Source of the DNA: Rhizophagus irregularis
Lineage: Eukaryota
Direction of reading: 5' to 3'
DNA length: 64,000 nt
Assembly: GCF_026210795.1 (NCBI RefSeq)
Contig: NC_089431.1
Coordinates: forward strand, 2,108,001 to 2,172,000
A model generated the notes under the pieces. That model was not told the origin of the DNA. It worked only from the letters and a program-made list of their open reading frames with translations, and searched no databases. Position numbers and translations under genes: made by a program. Positions 24,378 through 37,152 of the stretch are shown piece after piece; within the stretch, counting starts at the first letter, position 1; the number at the start of each line of letters is the position of its first letter.

Positions 24378-27348
24378 GGAAAAGGATAAAATTACCACCA
24401 TTCGATTCGTCTCAGTGAGACGATTCTAACAAGCTATGATACATCTTTGTACGATTATTAGATGCCAAGTTATTTAATATATTCTTTATATAACTGTGAT
24501 TATAAACAGTTCTTTTTAATATAAGATTTTTGAGGATAGGTATGATAGTGACTATAGATAGATTGTGACTATATAGGATAGATTTTAATAATAAAGTGTT
24601 TTGAACATTCAACTGGTGTGACTATATAGTAGAATGTGACTATAACGGGAGTGACTATAGAAGGAGTTGACTGTACTGCTTATTGTGCTTAATTCTAATT
24701 TAACTAATTTAGTATTAAGGCTTTAATTTAAAAATTAAGCAGTATCAAGGAAAATTCTTGCGAATTTTTCTTAATACTGCTTATATCTGCCAATTCGTGA
24801 AATTAGCCAAACATAAAGATTTGCACATTTTAACAAGAATTATGTTTCACAAGCTTAAATTGTATGTGTTACATAATCAGATGATCTAAATCTATCAAAA
24901 AATAAAAAAAAATTTTTTAACGTTTATTCAAAAATAACAATGGCAACTACTTTCTTTTTCAATCACTTTTCAATCACTTTTCAATCAGATTTTTGTTAGG
25001 TGACTTAGAAAAGTTTATAGGCATATATAGCAGGTTTTTTTCAATCAGTAAGTAAGAAAACAAATATTAATAATTTTTATTAATTAGAAAAATCTTTTTT
25101 CATTTATTTTTAACCTTATTCCCTTCTTTTTTTTAGTAAAAATATATACAAAATAAAAATGTGAGTTATGATTTAGAGTTTTTGAGATGGTTTTTTTTGT
25201 TTTTTACTATACTCTACTTGTTAATTACTTTTTTAACTTGATTTTATTAATTTATTCAATTTAAAACAGAAATGGCAAATAAAAACTTGTTAAGTAAAGT
25301 AAAAAGAGCCCAATAATACCTGTAAAGATCATCTTTAGGTAAGAATTATAATTTTAAAAATTTTTGTGTCAGAGTTTTATTCAATTAACAAAATCGTTAA
25401 TATCTCGGCGTACATGTATGCTAAACACATATATTTATATTCATATGAAAGCCCAGAATCTACTCTACCTGAACGAAAAAAGATTATTCAAATCGAATTA
25501 CTAGATGTGAAGATATTAACGATCAAAGTCAAAGGTTAAAAATAAATATATTGAACGTAATTATTCAGCAACTTGTGATCCAATTCATGTGATATTTGGT
25601 TTATGGATAGCTCTTGATTACCTCTTTCTAATGAATATAAATTCATTCGTCTAGCATACATACACGTTAAGTTATTCAATATTTTGTCATGACAATTATA
25701 TTTAAATTTTTTAATTTTAATGATATTATTAAAAAAATCAAAAAATAATATAATCAAATCAATTTTATTTATATCAGCGGTGTGAATCTATCATTTTCAT
25801 GTAAATTGTATTAGCATTTTCTTAATAAAGTTAGTTTTTTGAATATAAAAACTTAATTCCATAAATCAGTCCATATGTTAATTCTAATTTAACTAATTTA
25901 GTAGTATTAAGGCTTTAATTTAAAAATTAAGCAGTATCAAGGAAAATTCTTGCAAATTTTTCTTAATACTGCTTAATTCTAATTTAACTAATTTAATATT
26001 AAAGCTTTAATTTAAAAATTAAGCAGTATCAAAGAAAATTCTCACAAAATTTTCTTAATTCTAATTTAGTTAATTTAGTATTAAGGCTTTAATTTAAAAA
26101 TTAAGCAGTATTAAGAAAAATTTTTACAAATTTTCTTATTAAAAAAAAGAACTTTTAAATTACTAATTAAACTTTAAAAACAATCTGTATGATTTAAATT
26201 TTAAAAAAATACTTCTGCTTTTTAATTTTCGCATTTCTACATTTAACCAATTAAAATTCAGCTGATCGCCGATCACATGCATTAATAACACGTTATTGTT
26301 TATTTTTTGTTTATTTTTTCAAAAATATTCTTTTCTCTTCTTTTTTTTAGAAAAAAAAGACAATAAAAATGAATACCAAAATTATTTTAACATATAATAA
26401 TAAAAATTAAATAAAAAACTTATTTTGATAATATATAATATATATATTTGTACCAAACTACTAATTATACAAAAAGTGATATGCTCGTATATCAATTAAC
26501 AATTACTTTCACTAATATCTCTCTGGAATTGTAATGGTGAATTTTAACAATATTAATTAAACAACTATATGTACACCGTTTTATGTTTTTATTTTTATAT
26601 TAATATTATATGTTAACATATATTAATTATATTTTTTTTTACTTTTATGTATTTTATTTAATTTTTTTAATATATTACTAACATTACTACTATCGTTTTA
26701 TTACTTTTTTATATCTAACTAATATATTAATAATATTACTAACTTTTTATTATTTCTTTTTTATATTTAAAATAATGATAATATTACTAATTAAATTTCT
26801 TTTTTTTTGTTTATATTTTGCTAATATTATTTTTTTTACAAATAGTATATTATTTTATACTAGTTTTTTATTTATATTATTTATAAAAAAATATTTGTAT
26901 ATTTAATATTATTTAATAAAAATTTTATTGATTATAAATGCATTTTAAATTCTGTTTGCAAATATAAAATATACAATTTAATTGAATAATATATACTATT
27001 TATCAGTACAAAATATGCAGTTTAAACTGGAAAAAAGTACTGTTTATCAGTATAAAATATACGGTTTATCCTGGAAAAGTATACTGTTCGCAATATAAAA
27101 TATAAAACAATATACTGTTTATTGGTATAAAACATACGGTTTTTCTACTGTTTACAAGTATAAAACATACGGGTGAAACTGGAAAAATATACTGTATGCA
27201 AACCGTATATATAATACGGTGTGCAGAATACCGAATATATACAGTATGTGAAAATACTGTAATTATATGGTAATAATACTATAAATATACTGTTCGCAAA
27301 ATACGAAAATACAGTATACTAACCGTATATATATTTTTTATAGGGATA

Positions 27349-29083
27349 AAACTTCAAGCCCGGAAAAATGTCCCATTCAACACATTGGTAATAGCTAAAT
27401 TCCTTGACATTTCAATGGCGATAGACCCGATTGATAGATCAACTTGGAGTATATCAGGAGGGAAAGAGCCGATATTAAAGTTCTTTAAACAATATCAGCT
27501 TACGAAGTATATATATAGTATTAACCAAAGCTCACATTACCCAATATTTTATATTGATCAATTATTTATTAGGGGAACATATCTTATGACATGGAAACAA
27601 TATCGTAGTTTAGCACTACTCCCGGTACAAGGAAGGACAGCTAGATGGTACTGTGATGTGGCCCATTTGTGCACATCAAGGACAGATAATTTAACAGTAA
27701 GCAATGATCTGGAGATTACGAAAGTTAACCATTGGGCCTTCTTATTAGATATTATACTGGATGCACGACGCAAACAAGTCATTTTTGTTAGAGAGCCTTT
27801 GGCTAATTCAGATGCATGGTTAATTGGCAAAGTCAACAAAATACATCATCATGAACAGGGGATTTCAGTGAACTATCGTCCAGGATACAATGATAATGGA
27901 ATAATTGGATGGCAGGACACCGGACGAGTTATACTGGCTCATTGCTGTAAGAGAGCAATTTTAGATAGAGTCTCTAATTCACATGGTTGGAGTTTTCCTA
28001 GTGAATGGTTATCTTCAACTCATCATCCTGACATTTTGTTACCCGGAGATAGATCACCAACATCAACGCCAAGTCCCATAATTAGCCTACCACTGGTTCA
28101 GGACATATGGATTCACAGATGGATAGATGATGATGACTTGAAATCAAAACTTACGGATATTAGAAATATATTAGAAGAGAGAACATCAGTAGAATATTAC
28201 ACAGATGGTTCGCTCAGGACAAGTATCCCTACATCAAGGGATAAACAGGATCCCAATTTAGTGTACACAAAAATGGGTGCAGCGTTCTGTGTCAATGATG
28301 AACCTGCCTTATCTGCCCAAGCAAATTTATCATTATGGCCCTCTTCTACACGTGCAGAACTAGTGGCTATTTTTCTGGCATTACTCATAGGTCCTATGAA
28401 TGCAAAAATTAAGATATATACAGACAGTCAAAGTGCCATCTATATGATAAATAATAGACATAATAAATCGGGTAGAAAATTACTGAAACAGTCTAATTCT
28501 TTAATTTTACTTTCTTTTACAGGAAAAAAAGATGGATCTAGTGTTAGTGAAAGTTAAGGGACACAGTGAAGATGTTATGAATGAAATGGTAGATAAATTA
28601 GCTAAAAACACAAGTAATGATAGTGGTTACTTTAACAACAGATTTAACTATAGCAATAGGAAAAACAGATCCCCATTGAATACAACTTAAGGAAATTTAT
28701 CAAAACTCTAATGAATACTAAAGTGGCAGCAGAATGGTCAATGCTAAAATCAAATGGGAACTTAATTCATAGATATAAAGGGTTTAATTGTATTTCAGTT
28801 AAAAAACATTGGCACTTAATATTTATTGTTAAACTATTTGCTAAACTTCTTCCTATAGGTACTATTCTTCTACAGCGAAAACCAAATCTATACAAAGAGT
28901 TTGTCTGTCCAAGGTGCTAACAAAGAAGAAAACAGACATCATTTCATTGAATGTGAGGCCAATAAGGACTTATGGCCTATAATCAAAAGCAGAATGCAAA
29001 ATGATATGATTTCCATAATTCAAAAATAGAGTAATACAACAGAGGATACACCTAAGATTATAAATAAGAAATTAAACCAGATA
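27349..29083 (+). pseudogene. Old LINE ORF2, linker and RNase H part
   Basis: ORF 27385-28557 (YYTDGS, SSTRAEL, IYTDSQ), frameshifted KVKGHS, and ORF 28711-28920 ending CPRC. Confidence 0.85.
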
Positions 29084-29360
29084 CACTGGTCAAAAACTAG
29101 GCAAACGTGGCATAGTAGCCTTTATCTTTATTAAATTTATTCGAACTTTACAATTTACAAAAAAAAATAAAAAGAAAATATAAAAATAAAACTAACTAAA
29201 AACAAAGCTATATAGTTTCCTAAGAAAAAATAAAGTAAAAAAAATTAATCTAAAAAAAAGAAAAATCGCATTACACTAAATTTCCCCAGATCTTCCCCCT
29301 TGATATATTCCAACCAAAGTAGAAGCAACTATGCTAACAAAATAACGAATAGCGCGCCCA

Positions 29361-32300
29361 CTATAGAAATCGACACTCCATCCTGCAAAAGCTGTTATTA
29401 AGTAGCACCGTTAGACGACCCATAAAACCCGAAAAGTGATTAAACCAAGGCAAACCATATTTCATCGAGTTCTTCAACCAATCGGTTCCGGAGTCACGTG
29501 AATCGTGTAGGGTCGGAGGTGGTAAAGATGAGTAAGGTATGTACGTTGACAATGGCAAATTAGAAGGCTTCAGAGTAGTTTTCAACTTATAAGTAATATT
29601 CATCGCGTTTTCCCATCTACTTTTCTCATAAGAACGCGGATTCCAAATTCGTTTTCTGAATTTTTGGACAAAATTATTATGAATAGCAGCGATAACCTTA
29701 ATCGCAGAGATTCTTGGAATAGACAAATCGACTAAGATGTCAATAAAAAGTGTAGGTAAACAACCACGGACAAGGGCGTAAGAGGACCAATTTGTAGAAG
29801 AAAAGGACCAGCATGAAAGAGAAGTGAGTTTAGCAATAAAGGGAGTAGGATCAATATCAGCCAATTTTCCAGCTTCTTGAATTTTAGAAATCAAATGATT
29901 TTGATAAGATTGGAGAATTTGTTGCATAGGTAGACGACGTTTTTTGCACATAAAAAGGTGCATCAGGTCTTCCATGCGATCGATACAAGAACGGCAAGTT
30001 AATTCGTCCATGTATAAGTCTGGTCGAGTCCGCTTAAGCTTTTCCAATGTGGGTAAGTCGTCCAAGAAAAGTTTGAATTTAAAGGTTAAGTGTCTTGAAG
30101 CATGCTCAAGAGTAAAAGATGCATCATGAGAAGGCTTAAAATTCAAGGTAAACCAAGTAAGTTCCCAGTCGACAATATATTCTATATTAGATAATAATAA
30201 AGAAATAAAGTGAAATCGCGTTAAATTTAGCAAATCACGCATTAGCTGCGTTTGATAATACTGTTTAAGAAGGTGTCGTGGATTAGATTCACAAACGGCG
30301 TCATTGTCGTAAGTCAAGACGAAATCATGGGCAGAGGCAAGGTCCATTCCAGAAATCAAAATACTGGATGATGCGGTATGGGCAGTATTGGCCAGGGAGT
30401 CAGCAAAATCGTTCAAATAATTGCCAGAATGAGCTTTAACTTTAACAGGGAGAACTGTCAAATTCTTGGTAAGGATAGTTCGTTCAATAATGGCCCAAAG
30501 CTCAAAATTTGTTGTTTTGTAGTAAAGACGGCTATTTGAGTAGACATAGGAAGAGCAACTTCGAAGGCCATCAATGGCAGTTTGCGAGTCAGTATAAATA
30601 GTAACTTCTGAGTCGCGAGGAGAAATGGTTAAAACTGCGTAAATAGCGGCAGCTTCAGCACGAGAAGAAGAAGGATTATCTCGAATGATGCCATGTGCAT
30701 AAGTAGCAATGGAATTAGGAAAACCAGCATCAGGTACGATTTGCATCCAAGACCAGCCCATAGAAACATTAGGAGTGCCTAGATTAATAAGAGACCCATC
30801 AGTGAAAAAGATATAACGTGAGTCTGAAGACACAACCAACGGCGAATTTGCAAAAACAGCAGCAGCTGAGGATTCAATAGTGATAAGAGGAGCGGAAACT
30901 TCAACAATATCATCAGGAGGAGAGTCAAAATCAAAATCCAATCGACTGTAATAAAGACGGACACCATCTTCGATATCAGCCCAGGTAAAAGGAGAGGATA
31001 CTGCAGAAGTATTACGTCTAATGCGCTCATTGATAGTGGGCAGAATAAGCGAATGTTGTAGAGAAACCGTAGGCGTACAAAGGGTTAAATCAGCATTCCG
31101 TTTTTTGGAAGGAGGCAAAGAAGTATGAGCAGCACAACCAGGGCAAGGAGAGAGTCTAATGAGATCACCAGGCGAAGATTCACAATCAGAAGAGACCCAG
31201 TGAACAATAGAACAAGTACCATGACTTGCTTGAACTAAAAGTTGTTTGCCAAAGATGGGAGGACCGTAGTCGTCTAACGTGACAATCCAATTTTTCGTAG
31301 TGGTAGGAGAGGACAGGCAAGGAGTCAATTCATAAAATGAAGAGTCAATCGTAGGCGTAGTAATGAACTGGCTCAGCAAACGATTGTTAGTGTCAGGAAT
31401 GGTAGTAGCTTGCTGGATATCTTTATACCAATAAGGGATACAGCCAGGGCCACGTCGTCCAACCAAATTGTCATAGTAGGCTTTCCAAGAAATTAAATGG
31501 GTCCCTTGGGGAGTAACAAGCTGAGATAGATAAAACAAATGCCATTTTCGCAAAATAGGGAAATAGGCTTTAAACGCTTTAGGTGTCATGCATTCAAATA
31601 ACGGAACGCGTCCATCCATCAAAGTCAGGTTCGGAAGCTTCGAAAGTTGAGTATGAAGCAAACGAAAAGGAGTAGAGGATAAGAGAGCAATAGTGCATGC
31701 GATATAATCTTTCTTAAAAGAAAAAAGAGAAGACCATATAGACCAATCCTTAATTAAAAGGGGAGAAATAGGAATTAAAAAATTATATTGAATCAAACTC
31801 AATCTATAAATAAAAAGAGATTGAATAAAAGAAAAGGAAGAATTAGCCATTAAAAATAAATTAGTAATATGACATTGTCGTTGATGAGCAAATAAATTTA
31901 TCAAGCCCAAGGCTTGAGATAAAAATAAAATGGGATTTGGTAAAGAGCGAGAAAAATTTGCTTTGTGCTTTACAACAGATCGTATACTTCTCGTTATTAG
32001 GTGGCAGTCAGATTCAGACAAGTGAGTAACTTGCATCCGGTATTCAAGTTTCAGTATAAGGACAGCATTATGTAAATAAACAACTTGTTTGGATGAGAGC
32101 TTTGCAGGGCGGATGGTTGCAGCGAAGGAGCAGCATTCACGTTTGAGTTGTTTCTTGACAAAATCCCGGGAGCTTTTAATGTTAAACCAAACACCTAAAA
32201 AACGAAAAGAAGTTGTCATAGAAATTGGGGTAATGGTAATGGAAGGAACACTATTTAATGAGGATAAATCTAGATTAAAAGTAATAGGAGATAAAGTGGA

Positions 32301-34988
32301 ATTCGAAGTCAAAGGCAACGAATTAGTAATTAACACATATTTGTTATGATTGGCAGAAGTGTTATTAATTTGATAGAATTCTTCTGTAATGGATAACATA
32401 AATTCCATGCCAGTCTTCGACGAGGAAATAAGAGTAGAGTCATCCATAAATACTAAATTATTAATCTTCAAATCAGAAGAAAGATTGGGAGAATCAATTA
32501 AGGATGGTGTAGAAAGAACATAAGGGTCCATCATTTCATGCTTCAAGACAGTAAGTAAGGGATCAATATAAATAACCCATAAAAGAGGAGAAATAACTTC
32601 GCCTTGGTCAATACCAATGCGAACCCTATAAGCAGGCGTGGATCCATGAGCAGTGAAAACGCTATTAATGCGTTTTGTGAAAAGGGAAAGAATAAACTTA
32701 ATAGCAGAAGCTGGAAGACGTATTCGTTCTAAAGCGAAACGTAACATTGTCAAATCAACCGAGTCAAAAGCTTTAGAAATGTCTTGAGAGAGAATCCAAA
32801 GTGGGTTTTTGTTGACATCAGCATCATGGATAATAGATTCTAGAGTAATAATAGGGTCGCGGCAAGAACCACCAGGAAGACCAGCGAAGTTACCACCTTT
32901 AAGAACATCATGTGTAGCCATAACAGTAGAAAGGCGATTATAAAAGAGTTTGACAAGAGATTTTCTAATCACTTCAAGTAAAGTAATAGGACGAGTATTT
33001 TTCAATTGACATTTCCATTCGTGAGGTTTGGGAATGGGAAAAACCATTGCCTGTCGCCATAAGTCAGGAATATCAGCTTTGGAAAGGCAAGCTTGAATTA
33101 AAATAAGGAGTAGAGCCGAGGAACAAGATCCAAGGTGTTTGAGCATTTCATAAGTGATCATGGAAGGACCTGAGGCTTTACCGTTAGGAGTAGAAGAAAC
33201 GGTGGTTAACCATTCGTCAAGGGTAGGGGGATTCATCAAAGAATCATAGATGGAGGAGGGCACATCATCCATAGGTTGGTAAACAGAAGACCATCTATCA
33301 GGTAATGTATCTACAGATACAGGAGGAGTGGATTTTATAGGTACAAAGTTTTGGAAATGGTTAACAACAGCATCGTCTATATCCTTGGGAGCAGTTAATA
33401 ACTGAGGGTGAGTGGGATGATCAACAAAGACACGATCCAAAGTGATACGGCGGCGGGTGCGAGAAAGCGCTGAATCAATGAAAGAGGAAAGGTCAGTTTC
33501 AAAATTATTGTTCCTATCGTCCAAATGAGCACGGATGGAGGAATCTTGGAACTCTTTTTCTTGAAGTAAATGAAATCCCCGTAAGGATTTTGAAATATTG
33601 GATAAATCATCAAGAAGTGACTTGAAATCATCTTGTCGACATGATGAGAGAGAAGAGGGCAAAGTAGGAACGAAAGTAAATACTTTCTTATATAATTGCA
33701 AAATGTTTTGAAGTCTGATTAAATGAATAGACCACTTATGTTCATGAGCGGCAGAATAGGTTAAAGGATATTTGCGCAATAAACGTATTGAATGCATAAG
33801 GCGATTTAAAAACCGATAATGTTGGGTTAAAATTTCCAGATCTTTAGGAACCTTAGGAGTATAATTATTGCCAACAGTGGAAGAAGGTAGTGTAACGTTG
33901 GCAGCTTTAAGAATTCGTGATTGGAGATATTCGCACATTTGATTGATATGCCAGGAGGAAAAGGTTGAAGGTGAGACGTCACATAAAGCATCAGCTTTAT
34001 CAGCAAATTCCGTCCATTGAATTTCAGTTACAGAATCAAATTTGAAGACACGACGGGTTCGGCGCTTAAGTTGTCGAGCGCGAGCCAATTTGGTAGAGGC
34101 AAAAAGTAAGGACATATCATAGTATGTTATGACGGGGTTATGATCAGATGTGCAAACATCTTGAGCATTAAAAATGCAAGCAGTAAGAGCAAATCCTTTG
34201 AGAAGAGGGCAGGACCATACATAATCAACTCGAGTAATGTGGTCATTGCGATGAAAGGTACCTAAGGAGTCGGAAAGATTAATAGGAGTATAGTCTTCAT
34301 ATCCGTGAGAGAGGAGATGAAAAAATAATCGGTGAATATGTTTTGAAGCAACTTGAGGTTGATTGAAGTAAATAGGGTAATATTTGTCTAAATGCATATT
34401 AAAATCGCCACAAACAGCATGGTAAAAGCCAGCATGTTTAGCAAGGGTAAGTTGTTGAATGAGCAAATCAATAGTATCAGTGCGCAGAACACTTTCAGCA
34501 GGGGGAGGGATATAAATAACAAATATACGCAATTTAATATTGCCTTTGAAATATAAATCAACAGAAAGTAACCGTGAAGAATGGGATTTAAAATCTTGAA
34601 CATGTGAAGCGAGGGAATTTTCTATAAAAAGAGAAACACCACCAGAAGAGAGAATTTGTTTAGAAGTATCCAAATTAGAAGAGAACACAGTATAATTAGA
34701 AATACGTTTGGATAAAAACTTCATTTGTTTAGGGTGAAGATGGGTATCCACGATACCACCAAAGGAAATATGTTTTAAGGAAAAGAAAGTAGAAATTTCT
34801 TCTAATTTAGTCTGACCATACATTTTAAGGCCATTAACATTAAAGGAAGAAATATTAAATGAATTGGGGATAGGGGAAGTGTTACTGGAAGAGGAAAATA
34901 ACGATTCATGCGAAAAAATTTCAGTAACATAGTCAGGGTTGGGAGGGTTTCGTACAAAGGTATCATAATTAAAATTATTGTCCGACAT
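29361..34988 (-). CDS. Intact LINE ORF2, 1875 aa: APE endonuclease, reverse transcriptase, RNase H, C-terminal Zn-binding motif
   Basis: SFNVNG, CGDFN, RVDYVW, SDH; QDISKAFD, GIDQGEVISP, FMDD, FLGVWF; FTDGS, SSRAE, YTDS, KVKAHSGNYLNDFAD; CRSC..EDLMHLFMC. Confidence 0.96.
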   Translation of the reverse strand: MSDNNFNYDTFVRNPPNPDYVTEIFSHESLFSSSSNTSPIPNSFNISSFNVNGLKMYGQTKLEEISTFFSLKHISFGGIVDTHLHPKQMKFLSKRISNYTVFSSNLDTSKQILSSGGVSLFIENSLASHVQDFKSHSSRLLSVDLYFKGNIKLRIFVIYIPPPAESVLRTDTIDLLIQQLTLAKHAGFYHAVCGDFNMHLDKYYPIYFNQPQVASKHIHRLFFHLLSHGYEDYTPINLSDSLGTFHRNDHITRVDYVWSCPLLKGFALTACIFNAQDVCTSDHNPVITYYDMSLLFASTKLARARQLKRRTRRVFKFDSVTEIQWTEFADKADALCDVSPSTFSSWHINQMCEYLQSRILKAANVTLPSSTVGNNYTPKVPKDLEILTQHYRFLNRLMHSIRLLRKYPLTYSAAHEHKWSIHLIRLQNILQLYKKVFTFVPTLPSSLSSCRQDDFKSLLDDLSNISKSLRGFHLLQEKEFQDSSIRAHLDDRNNNFETDLSSFIDSALSRTRRRITLDRVFVDHPTHPQLLTAPKDIDDAVVNHFQNFVPIKSTPPVSVDTLPDRWSSVYQPMDDVPSSIYDSLMNPPTLDEWLTTVSSTPNGKASGPSMITYEMLKHLGSCSSALLLILIQACLSKADIPDLWRQAMVFPIPKPHEWKCQLKNTRPITLLEVIRKSLVKLFYNRLSTVMATHDVLKGGNFAGLPGGSCRDPIITLESIIHDADVNKNPLWILSQDISKAFDSVDLTMLRFALERIRLPASAIKFILSLFTKRINSVFTAHGSTPAYRVRIGIDQGEVISPLLWVIYIDPLLTVLKHEMMDPYVLSTPSLIDSPNLSSDLKINNLVFMDDSTLISSSKTGMEFMLSITEEFYQINNTSANHNKYVLITNSLPLTSNSTLSPITFNLDLSSLNSVPSITITPISMTTSFRFLGVWFNIKSSRDFVKKQLKRECCSFAATIRPAKLSSKQVVYLHNAVLILKLEYRMQVTHLSESDCHLITRSIRSVVKHKANFSRSLPNPILFLSQALGLINLFAHQRQCHITNLFLMANSSFSFIQSLFIYRLSLIQYNFLIPISPLLIKDWSIWSSLFSFKKDYIACTIALLSSTPFRLLHTQLSKLPNLTLMDGRVPLFECMTPKAFKAYFPILRKWHLFYLSQLVTPQGTHLISWKAYYDNLVGRRGPGCIPYWYKDIQQATTIPDTNNRLLSQFITTPTIDSSFYELTPCLSSPTTTKNWIVTLDDYGPPIFGKQLLVQASHGTCSIVHWVSSDCESSPGDLIRLSPCPGCAAHTSLPPSKKRNADLTLCTPTVSLQHSLILPTINERIRRNTSAVSSPFTWADIEDGVRLYYSRLDFDFDSPPDDIVEVSAPLITIESSAAAVFANSPLVVSSDSRYIFFTDGSLINLGTPNVSMGWSWMQIVPDAGFPNSIATYAHGIIRDNPSSSRAEAAAIYAVLTISPRDSEVTIYTDSQTAIDGLRSCSSYVYSNSRLYYKTTNFELWAIIERTILTKNLTVLPVKVKAHSGNYLNDFADSLANTAHTASSSILISGMDLASAHDFVLTYDNDAVCESNPRHLLKQYYQTQLMRDLLNLTRFHFISLLLSNIEYIVDWELTWFTLNFKPSHDASFTLEHASRHLTFKFKLFLDDLPTLEKLKRTRPDLYMDELTCRSCIDRMEDLMHLFMCKKRRLPMQQILQSYQNHLISKIQEAGKLADIDPTPFIAKLTSLSCWSFSSTNWSSYALVRGCLPTLFIDILVDLSIPRISAIKVIAAIHNNFVQKFRKRIWNPRSYEKSRWENAMNITYKLKTTLKPSNLPLSTYIPYSSLPPPTLHDSRDSGTDWLKNSMKYGLPWFNHFSGFMGRLTVLLNNSFCRMECRFL

Positions 34989-35038
34989 TAAAACACAATG
35001 ATATAAACAGTCGGAGAGTTAAAATTTGAAGAAAGAAA

Positions 35039-37152
35039 TTAATTGGAAGAAGCTGAATCAGCTTGTTCCAGGGGAGCACCACCAAGGGAGCCAATGAATT
35101 GCTTGATATGACCAGTAAGTTGGTCCAATTTACTTTCAATAGCGACACGACTATTTTTGAGATCATTAATTTCTTCTTGTGTGGAGAAGATGGGAGTAAA
35201 AGGAGGAGCATTTGGAGAAAGGTGAGAAGAAGGAGGTGATGTGTCAGGAACAATAGTGAATGTAGGCGAAGGTCGCGTTAAAATACTTTTGGGAGGCAGC
35301 GAAGATTTAGCGGAAGACAGAATATTAAGAGGAACGTGAGTTACAGGGGCATCTTCTTGCATGAGGTCCGGTTCAGGTTCATTGGGTATAGGGAGTGGAT
35401 CAAGGCCAAGGTGTGATTCAATACGAGTCATCCGTTGGTCAGCAAGTTCAAGAGCGGAGATGCGTTTGTGAAAGTTAGCAACTTCACATTGTAATTCTCG
35501 TAAAAGGTTTAGAATGTTGTTAGCATCATCGCAGAGTTAGGAGTTTGTCGGGGTAAGGGACGTGCTGTAGAACGAGAGGAGGAAGAAAAGGAGACAGATC
35601 GTTCTTTACTATTATGGCGGGCACGTTGAGAAGTATTGGGAGGGGGTTTGTTATGATTACTATTATCATTATTAGTGCGGTCATGGGAAGCGTTATTGGC
35701 TCGTCCAGAATTGGAAGCAGATCGATCTTTAGATTTGGAGCGAGATCGAGAGCGAGAACGTGCATTGGCAATATTAGAATTGGAGCGAGGTTGATTAACA
35801 TTGAATCGTTCTTTAAGTTTTGCAACAGGGTCGCGAGTGCGGCTTCTACCTCTGGTTTGTTTGAGTGGGCAAAAATTAGGAGCACAACCTAGTTTGCCAC
35901 ATCTGTGACAAAGTTTATTAGTATTATCGGAAGAGGACCAGAAAAGCACTTTGCCTTGGAAGCTAACAGTCTGTTCCATAGCAGCATCCATGGTTTCTTG
36001 GGAGTTGAAGGTGACATAGGCCCATCTTTTGGGTTTGTAGGAATTTAAAGAAAGAGGAACATTGACAGCTTTTGCACCAAGATCGCGTGTAAGAGGAGCC
36101 AAGTTGATATCCTTAACATTGGGAGGAAGTTGAGTGAGGGTGGCAACGTATTGACGGCGCGCAGCTTTTTGATCCACAGTATAGAAACATGGAGTAATTC
36201 GGAGACAAGTGGAGAAACAGTAAACAGCCCATTGGTCGGTAAAACGAGCAATTGAATCGGCGTGATCATACACAATACGGGCTTGCTGGACTTTAGCATT
36301 AGGCCTGGAGAAGAGGCGACAAGAGGTAATATTACCAAATTTTTTGAAATAGGCCATGAGGTTGTCCTTTTTGATAAAGAAAGGGATATCGGTAACTTGG
36401 ATAGCCCGGAGATCTTCATTGGATCGGAGTTGGCGAGGGTCATGGGCATGAAAAATCAAGTCAGGGAACTCAGGATGAGAGGAACCAACGCACAGAGCGC
36501 GTGCTTCAGCGGTATGGAAGTGGATAACGAGGCGTTTAGCCTCACCAGAACCTGTCATACGAGCTTTTCCAGTGAATGACTCGTACGTTTCCAAGAAAAG
36601 GTTATTCACAGCCTCAATAAGGGCTTTATTGGTAGGGAATTTCTTGAGCGATTCAGGGGCAGCATTCGGCGCAGCCGCAGCCTGAAAATCATCTCTGGTT
36701 ATGGCAAAGGTCACCACTGGATCTGGGGTTTGATCGCCATCAGGAGCACCATTAGTATCCAAATTGGGCGACGTGTTAGGGGGTAGTTGCAAGTCTTTGT
36801 TTGAAGGTGCATGCATGGACGCGTCCACATTTCCAGAAGACGCGACGTGACTGGACGCAGTTGGCGCAGCAGATTTTTTCGGGGAGGAGGCCAAAGTATT
36901 TTCGCCAGAGATATTTTGTTGAGGAGAAAAGGAAGGTCCATCTACTCCAACGTCAGCCGTCTGGTCATCGGCAACGTAGTCTTCTTCCATAGAATTTTCG
37001 GTAATCGTACGATTACGTTTCTGCTGGATAGTGTTTTCACCATCGGAGCTTGAATTATCGGAGTTGTTATTATTTTTTCGTTCTTGATGGGAAGCTTTCC
37101 TACTGTTAGGGTTATGACTTCCACGGCCTCTCTTGGCATAGTTACCAGATAT
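35039..37152 (-). pseudogene. LINE ORF1 of copy A, disrupted
   Basis: The start codon reads ATA (37152-37150) where copy B has ATG. A 10-bp deletion near 35530 (copy B has AGGAGATAAT) shifts the frame. Confidence 0.88.

Larger units (their letters stand above)
14873..24673. mobile_element. Tc1/mariner (pogo/Fot1-like) MITE, ~1 kb when empty, carrying a LINE and a SINE-like insert
   Basis: TIR CAGTCAACTC(TCTT/CTTC)TATAGTCAC; TA TSD at 14871-14872 and 24674-24675; four internal ~150-bp repeats containing ATTCGATTCGTCT. Confidence 0.9.
13385..26140. repeat. 92-bp tandem repeat dispersed by insertions (blocks ~13385-13535, 14597-14872, 24676-24782, 25878-26140)
   Basis: Unit CTGCTTAATTCTAATTTAACTAATTTAGTATTAAGG...GAATTTTTCTTAATA starts at 14597, 14689 and 14781. 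The unit is restored when the insertions at 13536 and 14873 are removed. Confidence 0.9.
10249..27345. mobile_element. Non-autonomous CACTA/CMC-like DNA element with CCCTA termini; 17.1 kb with nested inserts, ~5.6 kb without
   Basis: 25-bp TIR CCCTATAAAAAATAT(G/A)TATACGGTT; 3-bp TSD ATA at 10246-10248 and 27346-27348; subterminal TATACGGT/ATACTGT repeats at both ends; no transposase seen. Confidence 0.85.

Noticed and set aside
24412..24612. Conserved 66-aa ORF also found at 54363-54563
   Set aside because: It is a by-product of the near-identical MITE arms, with a TTG start and no recognisable domain.
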